A stretch of DNA of 64,000 nt from Myxococcales bacterium. Its GTDB lineage: Bacteria > Myxococcota_A > UBA9042 > JABWCM01 > BTVJ01. The notes under the pieces were generated by a model. It was not told the origin of the DNA. It did not search any database and saw only the letters and a list, made by a program, of their open reading frames with translations. Location of the stretch: assembly GCA_045863395.1 (NCBI GenBank), contig BTVJ01000006.1, positions 133,186-197,185 on the forward strand, written 5' to 3'. The translations under genes were made by a program, and so were the position numbers. Positions 18,934 to 27,283 of this stretch are shown piece after piece; position 1 is the first letter of the stretch, and each line of letters begins with the position of its first letter.

Positions 18934-19043
18934 TTTGCGTCGCCGTGCCTCCGTGTGGTAGCAATCCGCGCCGCTACCGCACGGAGGAGCCATGTTCGAG
19001 ATCCTGACCCGCATGTTGAAGCCCGAGATCCACGTCCGCAGCG
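18934..19043 (+). repeat. 110-bp direct repeat, copy 2
   Basis: Near-identical to 16933-17042. Confidence 0.92.
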
Positions 19044-19492
19044 TCGATGAGCTGCGGTCGGGGCCCGTCATCGTCCACGGCATCCTGCGCAAGCCGGACC
19101 CGGTCCTGGTCACCCCCTTCCGCAGCGCCCGCTGCGCCGCGTACGACTACACGGCCGTCTGCGTGATCAAGGTCCGCCAGGGCTACGCCCAGCAGACCCT
19201 CAAGCACGCGGTGGTCTACACGCCCTTCGAGCTGGAGCTGCAAGGGGGTACGGTCCGCGCCGTCCCGAAGAAGACGGACCCGCCCATGAGCCCGGCGGAG
19301 CACCGCGAGCTCCAGTCCAGCGGCCGCGAGGGCTTCGCCGCGGTGGAGGAGACCATCCTCCCGGGCCGCCACGTCACCCTCCGCGGCATGGCAAAGCGCG
19401 ATGGCGACGCCTGGGTGGTCACCTTCCACGAGCTGGTCCCGGGGGATGCGGAGCCGGCTGAGGAGCCGGCGCGGCGGAAGCGGCGGAGGTAG
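18992..19492 (+). CDS. Hypothetical protein (orfX), 166 aa
   Basis: RBS GGAGGAG, high GC3, intact ORF; no recognisable family. Confidence 0.75.
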   Translation: MFEILTRMLKPEIHVRSVDELRSGPVIVHGILRKPDPVLVTPFRSARCAAYDYTAVCVIKVRQGYAQQTLKHAVVYTPFELELQGGTVRAVPKKTDPPMSPAEHRELQSSGREGFAAVEETILPGRHVTLRGMAKRDGDAWVVTFHELVPGDAEPAEEPARRKRRR

Positions 19493-19609
19493 GGGGCACA
19501 GGCTCTGCGGGGTCGATCAGCCAAACAACCATCTGGTGCTGTGCCGGCGGCTCACGCTTGGTGCACCGCCACAGTCGGGTCGGTTTCCATGGCGTAGGTC
19601 ACCGTTTCG

Positions 19610-19836
19610 GCCACGACACGCCGGGTCGAACCGCGCACCCTGCGCCCTTCCCCGCGGACCTGTGCAGGTCTCCGATCACCGCCATGTGCCCGCCAGAGGG
19701 GCTCGCGCTCGACCCCTTCTGCGGTACGGGAACCACGCGGCTCCTCGCGCTCCAGACGGGCCGCCGCTCCGTGGGGATCGACCTGTCCGCTGACTGCATG
19801 GAACTCGCCGCAAAGAGATGCGCGGCGCCGTTGTGA
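19610..19836 (+). pseudogene. Degenerate 3' fragment of the DNA methyltransferase
   Basis: DTPGRTAHPAPFPADLC..DPFCGTGT..GRRSVGIDLSAD..KRCA vs MTase DTQGRTAHFAPFPADLC..DPFCGTGT..GRRSVGIDLSAD..KRCA; stop codons align (18380 and 19836, offset 1456). Confidence 0.88.
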
Positions 19837-19925
19837 GCAAGGACGTGGAGTTGTTCGGACACGGAACGTGCCGTGGCCAGCCACGACGCGGCAGACGGGG
19901 AGCATACCCCTGCCACTCGTGATGC

Positions 19926-19954
19926 ATTGACGTCAATTGACGTGACGCTATGAT
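19926..19954 (+). promoter_or_regulatory. vapBC promoter (TTGACG-N16-TATGAT) with the 12-bp palindrome ATTGACGTCAAT; probably leaderless
   Basis: Palindrome at 19926-19937; TATGAT at 19949-19954 lies 6 nt before ATG 19961; no SD sequence. Confidence 0.65.
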
Positions 19955-19960
19955 GCACCC

Positions 19961-20224
19961 ATGCGCACCACGCTGACCATCGACGACGACCTCATGCGAG
20001 ACCTTCGAGACGAGGCCCACAGGACAGGGGTCTCACTGAAGGTGATGGTGAACCGCACCCTGCGGACGGGCATGAATGCGAGGAACGCGGCTCGACCCGA
20101 GCCCTACCGATGCCCCACCTTCTCGATGGGTCACCCGAGCGGGACACCGCTCGACAAAGCCCTCCAGCTCGCATCGGAGCTCGAGGACGAGGAGACCGCG
20201 CGCAAGCTGGTGATGCGGAAGTGA
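19961..20224 (+). CDS. vapB: Type II antitoxin, VapB-like (RHH)
   Basis: MRTTLTIDDDL N-terminus; GTGA overlap with the PIN gene. Confidence 0.85.
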   Translation: MRTTLTIDDDLMRDLRDEAHRTGVSLKVMVNRTLRTGMNARNAARPEPYRCPTFSMGHPSGTPLDKALQLASELEDEETARKLVMRK

Positions 20225-20649
20225 TCATCACAGACCTCAACCTGCTCGTCTATGCGGTCAACGAGGACGCGCCGAGTCACGACCGCGCGAAGCCCTGGCT
20301 GGAGGAGTGCCTGTCAGGGGACGAGACGGTGGGGCTCCCTTGGGTGGTGGTCCTGGGCTTCCTCCGCATCACGACACACGCGCGCGTCTTGCCACGGCCA
20401 CTGCGAGCGGAGCAGGCACTCGCCGTCATCGATGGCTGGATCGCGCGCCCGGTCGTGAGCTTGGTCGAGCCGACGGAGCGGCACTGGCCTCTCCTGCGGG
20501 AGCTGCTCGAAGAACTCGGCACGGCCGGGAGCCTCACCACGGACGTGCATCTGGCCGCCCTGGCAATCGAGCATGGCGCGTTGCTCTGCTCCGCTGACCG
20601 CGACTTCGGCCGGTTCCGAAATCTCCGCTGGAGCAACCCGCTGGCCTGA
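20221..20649 (+). CDS. vapC: Type II toxin, PIN-domain VapC (mycobacterial-like subfamily)
   Basis: IITDLNLLVYAV..HDRAKPWL..GFLRITT..LTTDVHLAALAIEHG..SADRDFGRF..WSNPL. Confidence 0.9.
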   Translation: MIITDLNLLVYAVNEDAPSHDRAKPWLEECLSGDETVGLPWVVVLGFLRITTHARVLPRPLRAEQALAVIDGWIARPVVSLVEPTERHWPLLRELLEELGTAGSLTTDVHLAALAIEHGALLCSADRDFGRFRNLRWSNPLA

Positions 20650-20692
20650 GTGTCGAACCCTCAGGGCGCGGCAGACAGGCCAGCCGCTCGCC

Positions 20693-23212
20693 CTACGCCA
20701 CCTCGTCGAACTGCAGGTAGCGGTAGAGGGACGCCGCCTTGGGCTCGATGGTCGCGCGCCAACGGGCAAGGTACTCCTCGACAGTGGGCAGGCGACCGAG
20801 CAGCGCGGCGACGGCGCCCAGCTCCGCCGAGCCGAGGAACACCTGCGCGCCCTTGCCCATGCGGTTGTCGAAGTTGCGGGTCGAGGTGGAGTAGACCGTC
20901 GCGCCGTCGGGCACCCGGGCCTGGTTGCCCATGCAGAGGGAGCAGCCGGCGGTCTCGATGCGGGCGCCCATGGCCGAGAACACCGAGAAGTAGCCTTCGT
21001 TGCGCAGCTCCGCCTGGTCCATGCGCGTCGGCGGGCAGACCCACGTGCGGACCGCGCCCGTGAACGCGCTGCCGCGCCACGCCTCGCCGGCCGCCCGGAA
21101 GTGCCCGATGTTGGTCATGCACGACCCGAGGAACACGTCGTGGATGGGCGTGCCTGCCACCTCGGAGAGGAGGCGCACGTCGTCCGGGTCGTTGGGGCAG
21201 GCGAGGATGGGCTCAGTGATGGCGTCCAGGTCCACCTCGATGACCGCCGCATACTCGGCGTGGGGGTCGGCGCTGAGGAGACTCGGGCTCGCCAGCCACG
21301 CCTTCATGTCGTCGATGCGCCGCTGGATTGACCGGGCGTCCTGGTAGCCGTCGACGATCAGAGACTCGAGGAGCGCCACATTCGACCGGAGGTAGGTGGC
21401 GACTGTCTCCTCCGAGAGCTTGATGCACGCCGCTGCCGCGCTGCGCTCTGCAGCCGCGTCGGTGAGCTCGAAGGCCTGCTCCACGGAGAGATCCGGCAGG
21501 CCCTCCATCTCCAGGATGCGGCCGTTGAAGACATTCTTCTTGTTCTTCTTGGGGACGGTGAGCAGGCCCTCCTGGATGGCCTGATACGGGATGGCGTTGA
21601 CCACGTCCCGCAGCGTGATGCCGGGGCGCAGCGAGCCCTTGAAGCGCACGAGCACGCTCTCGGGCATGTCGAGCGGCATGAAGCCGAGTGCGGCGGCAAA
21701 GGCGACGAGCCCCGACCCCGCCGGGAACGAGATCCCGATGGGGAAGCGGGTGTGGCTGTCGCCGCCCGTGCCGACCGTGTCGGGAACGAGCATCCGGTTG
21801 AGCCACGAGTGGATGACGCCGTCGCCGGGCCGCAACGAGACTCCGCCTCGCGCCGTCACGAAGGGCGGAAGCGACTGGTGCATGGCGACGTCCGCCGGCT
21901 TCGGGTAGGCGGCCGTGTGGCAGAAGGACTGCATGACCAGCGGCGCCTGGAACGCGAGGCAGGCCAGCTCCTTCAGCTCGTCGGCGGTCATGGGGCCCGT
22001 GGTGTCCTGGGAGCCGACCGTGGTCATGCGCGGCTCGCAGGCCGTGCCGGGGAGGATGCCGTCCACGCCGCAGGCCCGGCCCACCATCTTCTGCGCCAGC
22101 GTGTAGCCCTGGCCGGGCGCGGGACGCGGGTTCTTTGGCTTGACGAAGGTCGTCTCGGGGCCGAGCCCCCGCGCTGCCCGGGCCCGGTCGGTGAGCGCTC
22201 GGCCGATGATCAGCGGCACGCGCCCGCCGGCCCGGTACTCGTCGGCCAGCGTCGAGGGCTGGAGCTCGAAGGAGGTCACCACCTCGCCGTCGCGCGTGAT
22301 CGTTCCCCGCCGCGTGTCGATGGTCACCACGTCGCCGGTCTGGAGCCGCGTCACGTCGCAGCGGAGGGGCAGCGCGCCCGAGTCCTGGGCCGTGTTGAAG
22401 AAGATGGGGGCGATGACGCCGCCGAGGATCACGCCACCCCGCCGCTTGTTGGGCACGAAGGGGATGTCCTCGCCGATGTGCCAGAGCACGCTGTTGCACG
22501 CCGACTTGCGCGAAGAGCCCGTGCCGACCACGTCGCCGACGAAGGCGACCTGGTGGCCCTCTGCGCGGAAGGACGCGATCAGCTCCTGCCCGCCCGCGAA
22601 GCGCGCCTTGCCCATGGCGAGCGCGTGGAGCGGGATGTCGGGGCGCGTCGCGGCGTCTCCCGCTGGCGAGAAGTCGTCGGTGTTGATCTCTCCGTCCACC
22701 TTGAAGACCTTGACCGTGATGGTCTCGGGCAGGGCCGCGCGCCCCGTGAACCAGGTCGCCTGCGCCCACGCGTCCAGGACCCGCGATGCGGCCTGGTTGT
22801 GGGCTGCGAGCGCCGCCACCTGATCGAAGGCGTCGTAGACCTGCGTGAGGCCGGCAAGGGCGGTCGCGGCCTCGTCCGCGAGGGTGGGGCTCGAGAGCGC
22901 CGAGACGAGGGGCGCCACGTTGAAGCCGCCCATCATGGTCCCGAGCAGGCGGATCGCCTCGGTCGGGCTCACGAGCGGCGAGGTCGCCTCACCCGTCGCG
23001 ATGCGGCCGAGGAACTCCGCCTTCACCTGGGCCGCCGGGTCCACGCCCGGCGACACCCGGTCGCGCAGGAGCCCGAGCAGGAACGCGCCCTCGCCGGGCG
23101 GCGGGGTTTCGAGGAGCGCGCACAGCGCGGTGGTCTGCGCAGGGGTCAGCGGCTTCGGGGGGATGCCCAGCGCGGCGCGCTCGGCCTCGTGGGTGCGGTA
23201 TGCCTCGATCAT
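20693..23212 (-). CDS. acnB: Aconitate hydratase 2 / 2-methylisocitrate dehydratase
   Basis: [74 protein letters not shown]. Confidence 0.96.
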   Translation of the reverse strand: MIEAYRTHEAERAALGIPPKPLTPAQTTALCALLETPPPGEGAFLLGLLRDRVSPGVDPAAQVKAEFLGRIATGEATSPLVSPTEAIRLLGTMMGGFNVAPLVSALSSPTLADEAATALAGLTQVYDAFDQVAALAAHNQAASRVLDAWAQATWFTGRAALPETITVKVFKVDGEINTDDFSPAGDAATRPDIPLHALAMGKARFAGGQELIASFRAEGHQVAFVGDVVGTGSSRKSACNSVLWHIGEDIPFVPNKRRGGVILGGVIAPIFFNTAQDSGALPLRCDVTRLQTGDVVTIDTRRGTITRDGEVVTSFELQPSTLADEYRAGGRVPLIIGRALTDRARAARGLGPETTFVKPKNPRPAPGQGYTLAQKMVGRACGVDGILPGTACEPRMTTVGSQDTTGPMTADELKELACLAFQAPLVMQSFCHTAAYPKPADVAMHQSLPPFVTARGGVSLRPGDGVIHSWLNRMLVPDTVGTGGDSHTRFPIGISFPAGSGLVAFAAALGFMPLDMPESVLVRFKGSLRPGITLRDVVNAIPYQAIQEGLLTVPKKNKKNVFNGRILEMEGLPDLSVEQAFELTDAAAERSAAAACIKLSEETVATYLRSNVALLESLIVDGYQDARSIQRRIDDMKAWLASPSLLSADPHAEYAAVIEVDLDAITEPILACPNDPDDVRLLSEVAGTPIHDVFLGSCMTNIGHFRAAGEAWRGSAFTGAVRTWVCPPTRMDQAELRNEGYFSVFSAMGARIETAGCSLCMGNQARVPDGATVYSTSTRNFDNRMGKGAQVFLGSAELGAVAALLGRLPTVEEYLARWRATIEPKAASLYRYLQFDEVA

Positions 23213-23394
23213 GCTTCCTCCTTCGGGGGCGCCACGGTGGCGCGCGGGCGCATTCCTACACCATTTCCGCAGCGGGTTCCATGGGCGCGTGCCTCTGGTT
23301 CCACAGGTCGGGTCACGGGCAGCGTTTGCGGAACGGCGACGCCCCCCGACACGGGCCGCTTGACTCCCCCGCCCAGTGCTGACACGTTCTTGCC

Positions 23395-23754
23395 ATGGTC
23401 GACCGGCTCCCCATGGTGCGGGCGTTTCTGAGCAGGCAGCGGCGTGAGGCGGCAGCCGCCGAGGCCCGCGCGGCGGTCCTACGGGCGCGAGCCGGAGAGG
23501 TTGCGGGCATGCTCTGCCGGGAGTTTGGCGCGACGGAGGTCATCCTCTTCGGGTCCCTGGTCGAGGGCGACCCCCATGCGGGCTCCGACGTGGATCTGGC
23601 CGTCCGGGGGATCCCGCCAGACCGCTACTTCGAGGCGCTCGCCCGCGCGGCGGATATGCTCGGCTGCGACGTGGATCTGGTGGAACTCGAGTCGGCGCGC
23701 CCGTCGCTGCGATCACGCATCGACGAGACGGGCGTGGCGTTGGCGCAGGAGTGA
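23395..23754 (+). CDS. Minimal nucleotidyltransferase (MNT; MntA-like antitoxin family), no HEPN partner visible
   Basis: [10 protein letters not shown]...SDVDLAV...VDLV. Confidence 0.85.
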   Translation: MVDRLPMVRAFLSRQRREAAAAEARAAVLRARAGEVAGMLCREFGATEVILFGSLVEGDPHAGSDVDLAVRGIPPDRYFEALARAADMLGCDVDLVELESARPSLRSRIDETGVALAQE

Positions 23755-23770
23755 GGCGCCCCTCGGTCAG

Positions 23771-25537
23771 TCAGAAGCCGACGGCCGAGGCCCCGATGGT
23801 GCCCATCACCGCGGTGGAGCCCCACCCGCCGTTGGGCTTGAACACCAGCGCCGGCGGCAGCACCGGGACGACGTTGCCCTGGCCGTCCACCCGCTCGATC
23901 TCGATGGGTTCGCCGCCGATGAGGATGTCTCCCTTGCTCTGGATCGGGCCTCCCTTGCCGACGGCCGAAAGCTCCAGGGTGCCGGTGACGGCGGAGGCGA
24001 TGTGCCCGCGCAGCGTGCCCTTCACGGCGGAGACCAGCCGGACCGTCGGGCCCGGGTAGGGTCGCAGCAGCGTCACGCGCCCGGTCAGGTCGGCTCCCGC
24101 CGGGTCGCCAGAGAAGTGGACCGTGTTGCCGAACACGGCGGAGATGTCCGGGGCGAGCGCGACCGGCTGCTTCGGCTCCTTCGGCGCCGGAGCCGGGGGC
24201 GCACCCTCCTTTCCTTTGGCCGGAGCGATCTCCACGAGGATGTCCGACGGCAGCTTCTCCGGGCTTGGCGCCCACGCCGTGACCCAGAGCGTCACGGTGT
24301 TGGGGACCAGCTTCACGTTGTCCAGCTCCAGGCCGTACTTGCCCTGACCGAAGGCGCGGCGGTTGGTGGAGATCACGTACATCTGGCCGCTGCCCACTGT
24401 GAACGTCGCGCTCTCGCCATCGACGCTCACCGTGTAGGTGTGGCCGGTCGGGTCGGCGTCGAAGGTCACGTCGACGGCTCCGGCTCTCTGGTAGCTGTGT
24501 GCCGGGATGAGCAGCGTGGGGCCGCCGTCGATGTTCAGCTCGGCGTGCGTCGGGGGGGTTCCAGGACCGGAGCACTTCCCGTCAGACTGCTCCTGGCAGG
24601 TTCCGTCGGCGGCGTTCCACCCGCTCGCGACTATCGTGACCCGGTACTGATTCTTCAGGATGTCGGCCAGCTCCTTGACCTCGCCCTTGGTCGCAGCAGC
24701 GTGAGCCGACGTGAGCGCTACGGTGGTCAGCGGGTCGTTCTTCGCGAGGATGGCGGAGACACCTTCGTCTCCGTCCTTCCACGGCAGGGCGACGACGCCC
24801 TTCGCCTCGTCGACTCTGCCCACCGTGGGCGTCGGGCCCGGCTTCGCCGCGAACGCCCAGACGTGGAAGTTCCACAGGGGGGGATCCGACCCCTTGGCGG
24901 CCACCGGCAGCGGGCACTCCCACTCCGTGTCCACTGATGACCATACGACGGGCACGAGCTGCTCCTTCGAGGGCTCACCTCCTGTCCCCCCTTCGCAGCC
25001 GCCCTTGGCCCCACAGTCCCCGCCTCCCGTCCCGCCGGGGGCGATGGCCAGGGTCGCGCCTTGGACGAGGGCCGCGTCTCCTCCCGTGATCTCGATGATC
25101 GCCGTGCCGCCCGAGCCCGCGTCCCCGATGAGGAAGCCGGTCCGCAGCGCGACGTCCGCGGTGCTGGTCTGGTCACCGAAGAGGGCGAGGCTCCCGTCCG
25201 GGGCGACGAAGCCCTTGAGGAGCGTGATCGGCTTGTCGCCCGCACCGCGCAGGTCCAGGGTCGCGGCGGCACCGGGGGCCGGGGTCTCGGCCAGGGTGGC
25301 CGCCCCGTGGTGCCAGGTGATGCCCTCGTCGCAGGGGGCGGCGGCCTGGCCGTCGATGGCCGCCTTCACGCTCGACACGCCGGCCGTCGTGGTCACGGCG
25401 AGCCAAGATGACGTCGCCTTGCCTTCCATGTCGCGAATGCGCACGGTCTTGATCCGCGGTGAGCCCGTGTCGGCGTCTGCGTACTCGACGTGCGTGATCC
25501 CCAGCACACACACCGCCATCACCAATCCCCATCGCAT
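23771..25537 (-). CDS. Hypothetical secreted protein
   Basis: RBS GGAGG, signal peptide MRWGLVMAVCVLGITHVEYADA, high GC3; no recognisable family. Confidence 0.7.
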   Translation of the reverse strand: MRWGLVMAVCVLGITHVEYADADTGSPRIKTVRIRDMEGKATSSWLAVTTTAGVSSVKAAIDGQAAAPCDEGITWHHGAATLAETPAPGAAATLDLRGAGDKPITLLKGFVAPDGSLALFGDQTSTADVALRTGFLIGDAGSGGTAIIEITGGDAALVQGATLAIAPGGTGGGDCGAKGGCEGGTGGEPSKEQLVPVVWSSVDTEWECPLPVAAKGSDPPLWNFHVWAFAAKPGPTPTVGRVDEAKGVVALPWKDGDEGVSAILAKNDPLTTVALTSAHAAATKGEVKELADILKNQYRVTIVASGWNAADGTCQEQSDGKCSGPGTPPTHAELNIDGGPTLLIPAHSYQRAGAVDVTFDADPTGHTYTVSVDGESATFTVGSGQMYVISTNRRAFGQGKYGLELDNVKLVPNTVTLWVTAWAPSPEKLPSDILVEIAPAKGKEGAPPAPAPKEPKQPVALAPDISAVFGNTVHFSGDPAGADLTGRVTLLRPYPGPTVRLVSAVKGTLRGHIASAVTGTLELSAVGKGGPIQSKGDILIGGEPIEIERVDGQGNVVPVLPPALVFKPNGGWGSTAVMGTIGASAVGF

Positions 25538-25871
25538 ATCACTCACCTCCTGGTACAGCCTGGTTGCCGCCTGCCACACCGGCCGTGCAGGCGCCTCGGG
25601 CGCAGTGCTTCGGGGTTGGTCGGCGCGTGTCGAGGGAGGCTACCCAACCGTCTGACTCGCCGCAAGTGTGATCCGGGCGGCGTGAGACTTGGGAGAGTGG
25701 GCCGTGGGAGCCTCACCCACGGGCTCGTGGATGGCGATCGGGGTCGTGACCCGAGCCTCTGGTCTGTGCAAGGGGCGTCCCCGTCGACCGGTCAAGCGGA
25801 GTCCCGAGCGGTGTCTGGCTGCTCCATCCGACACTGGAACCCGCCCCGGTGGCCATGCTAGGGTGCGCCCC

Positions 25872-26438
25872 ATGCGAACCCTCATCATTGCCGCCATCGT
25901 CGTCGTCCCCCTCCTCGCCGCCGCCGACTCCACCAAGGACCGCCTTGGCGCCGGGGAAATCATCGTCAAGACCAGCGAGGTGAAGGGGACGTCGACTCCG
26001 AAGCTGCGCGCCATGGCCGTCGTGGACGCGGCGCCCGAGAAGATCTGGCCGATCATCGACAAGTGCGCCGACTACCCGAAGACCATGGTGCGCATCGCTG
26101 CGGCCGAGGAGCTGTCGCGCAAGGGCAAGACCGTGCGCTGCCGGGTGACCGTGGACATGCCGTTCCCCCTCGGGGACCTGACCGCCGTCACGGAGGCCAC
26201 TCATACGGTCAAGCCCGGCGAGCTGTGGGAGCGCAAGTGGAAGCTCGTGGAGGGTGACTACCGCCTCAACTCCGGGAGCTGGCGTCTCGTACCCTTCGAT
26301 GACGCGAAGACGCGGACCCTCGTGGTCTACGAGGTGCACGCGGAGCCGAACATCTCCATCCCCGACGGCATCAAGAAGGCGGCGCAGCAGAAGAGCATCC
26401 CCGAGCTGATGGAGAACCTGCGGGCGCAGGTCAAGTAG
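25872..26438 (+). CDS. Secreted SRPBCC/START-like (polyketide cyclase-like) protein
   Basis: Signal peptide; VDAAPEKIWPIIDKCADYPK..; LVEGDYRLNSGSWRLVP; C-terminal helix. Confidence 0.7.
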   Translation: MRTLIIAAIVVVPLLAAADSTKDRLGAGEIIVKTSEVKGTSTPKLRAMAVVDAAPEKIWPIIDKCADYPKTMVRIAAAEELSRKGKTVRCRVTVDMPFPLGDLTAVTEATHTVKPGELWERKWKLVEGDYRLNSGSWRLVPFDDAKTRTLVVYEVHAEPNISIPDGIKKAAQQKSIPELMENLRAQVK

Positions 26439-27249
26439 CGCTGCAGAGGGTGAACAGCAGCGCGAGCACCCCGATCACCACCGCCACCTTCAGCGTGAAC
26501 AGCGCGACCCCGAGCAGGACGATGCCCCCCACGATCAGGACGGGGACGGCGCCAACGCCCATCAGCGTACCGAGGGAGAAGCCGGCGACGTCGTGGCGGA
26601 CCTCCGCCCAGAGGCCCGGCGGCTCGTGGGCGTCCTGGAGGACCAGGGCATCCGCGCGCTTGAGCAGGGCGGCGGCGCGGCCTGGGTCCGAGCGCCCGAT
26701 GCGGTCCGCGGCCTGGACGAGGCGGTCGAGGCGCGCCTTCCGCTCGGGCCGCCGCAGCAGCGCCAGCTCCATCTGGTCCTCGTAGGTGGCGAGCGCCCGG
26801 AGCTGCGCGTCCAGGTCCTGGGCCTGCTCCGCGACCAGAAACGCCTCCCACGTCCTCTCCGCCTCGGCGTCGCGGGCCATGAGCTCGGCGCGGCGCTCCT
26901 GCTCCTTGATCTGGAGCCGCAGCCGCACCTGACCGCGCCGGAGTCGCCACCAGAGGCCAGCGCCGGCCGCCGGGGCGAGGGTCCACGTGCCCACCCAGTA
27001 GAGGAGGCCCGTCCCCGTGGCGCTGATCGGGTGGGGCACCCAGACCAGCGAGAGATCGGCCAGGGCCTCCAGATCCAGCGGGGACCAGGAGGGGTGCCCG
27101 AAGAGGAGCGGCGCGAGGCCCAGCCAGCAGAGGAGCGTGAGGCCGGTCGCGACTCCCCACAGCCACGCTGGGCGCATCGGGCCCATCGCCCGCCAGAGGT
27201 TCTTGATCGCGTCGAGTCCCTTCCTGCCCGTGCTCGTCATGGCGCCCAT
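26431..27249 (-). CDS. Hypothetical membrane protein (N- and C-terminal TM segments around a coiled coil)
   Basis: Hydrophobic segments plus an R/E/Q-rich helix; start could be 27240. Confidence 0.6.
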   Translation of the reverse strand: MGAMTSTGRKGLDAIKNLWRAMGPMRPAWLWGVATGLTLLCWLGLAPLLFGHPSWSPLDLEALADLSLVWVPHPISATGTGLLYWVGTWTLAPAAGAGLWWRLRRGQVRLRLQIKEQERRAELMARDAEAERTWEAFLVAEQAQDLDAQLRALATYEDQMELALLRRPERKARLDRLVQAADRIGRSDPGRAAALLKRADALVLQDAHEPPGLWAEVRHDVAGFSLGTLMGVGAVPVLIVGGIVLLGVALFTLKVAVVIGVLALLFTLCSAT

Positions 27250-27283
27250 TGTGGCCGCCCCCCCGGCGTCTGTCCACGCCCCG

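Noticed and set aside
16933..19836. Diversity-generating retroelement (template/variable repeat pair)
   Set aside because: No reverse transcriptase, and differences between copies are not adenine-specific
25702..25722. Hairpin CCGTGGG-N7-CCCACGG in a divergent intergenic region
   Set aside because: A short GC stem without a U-tract is expected by chance at this GC content
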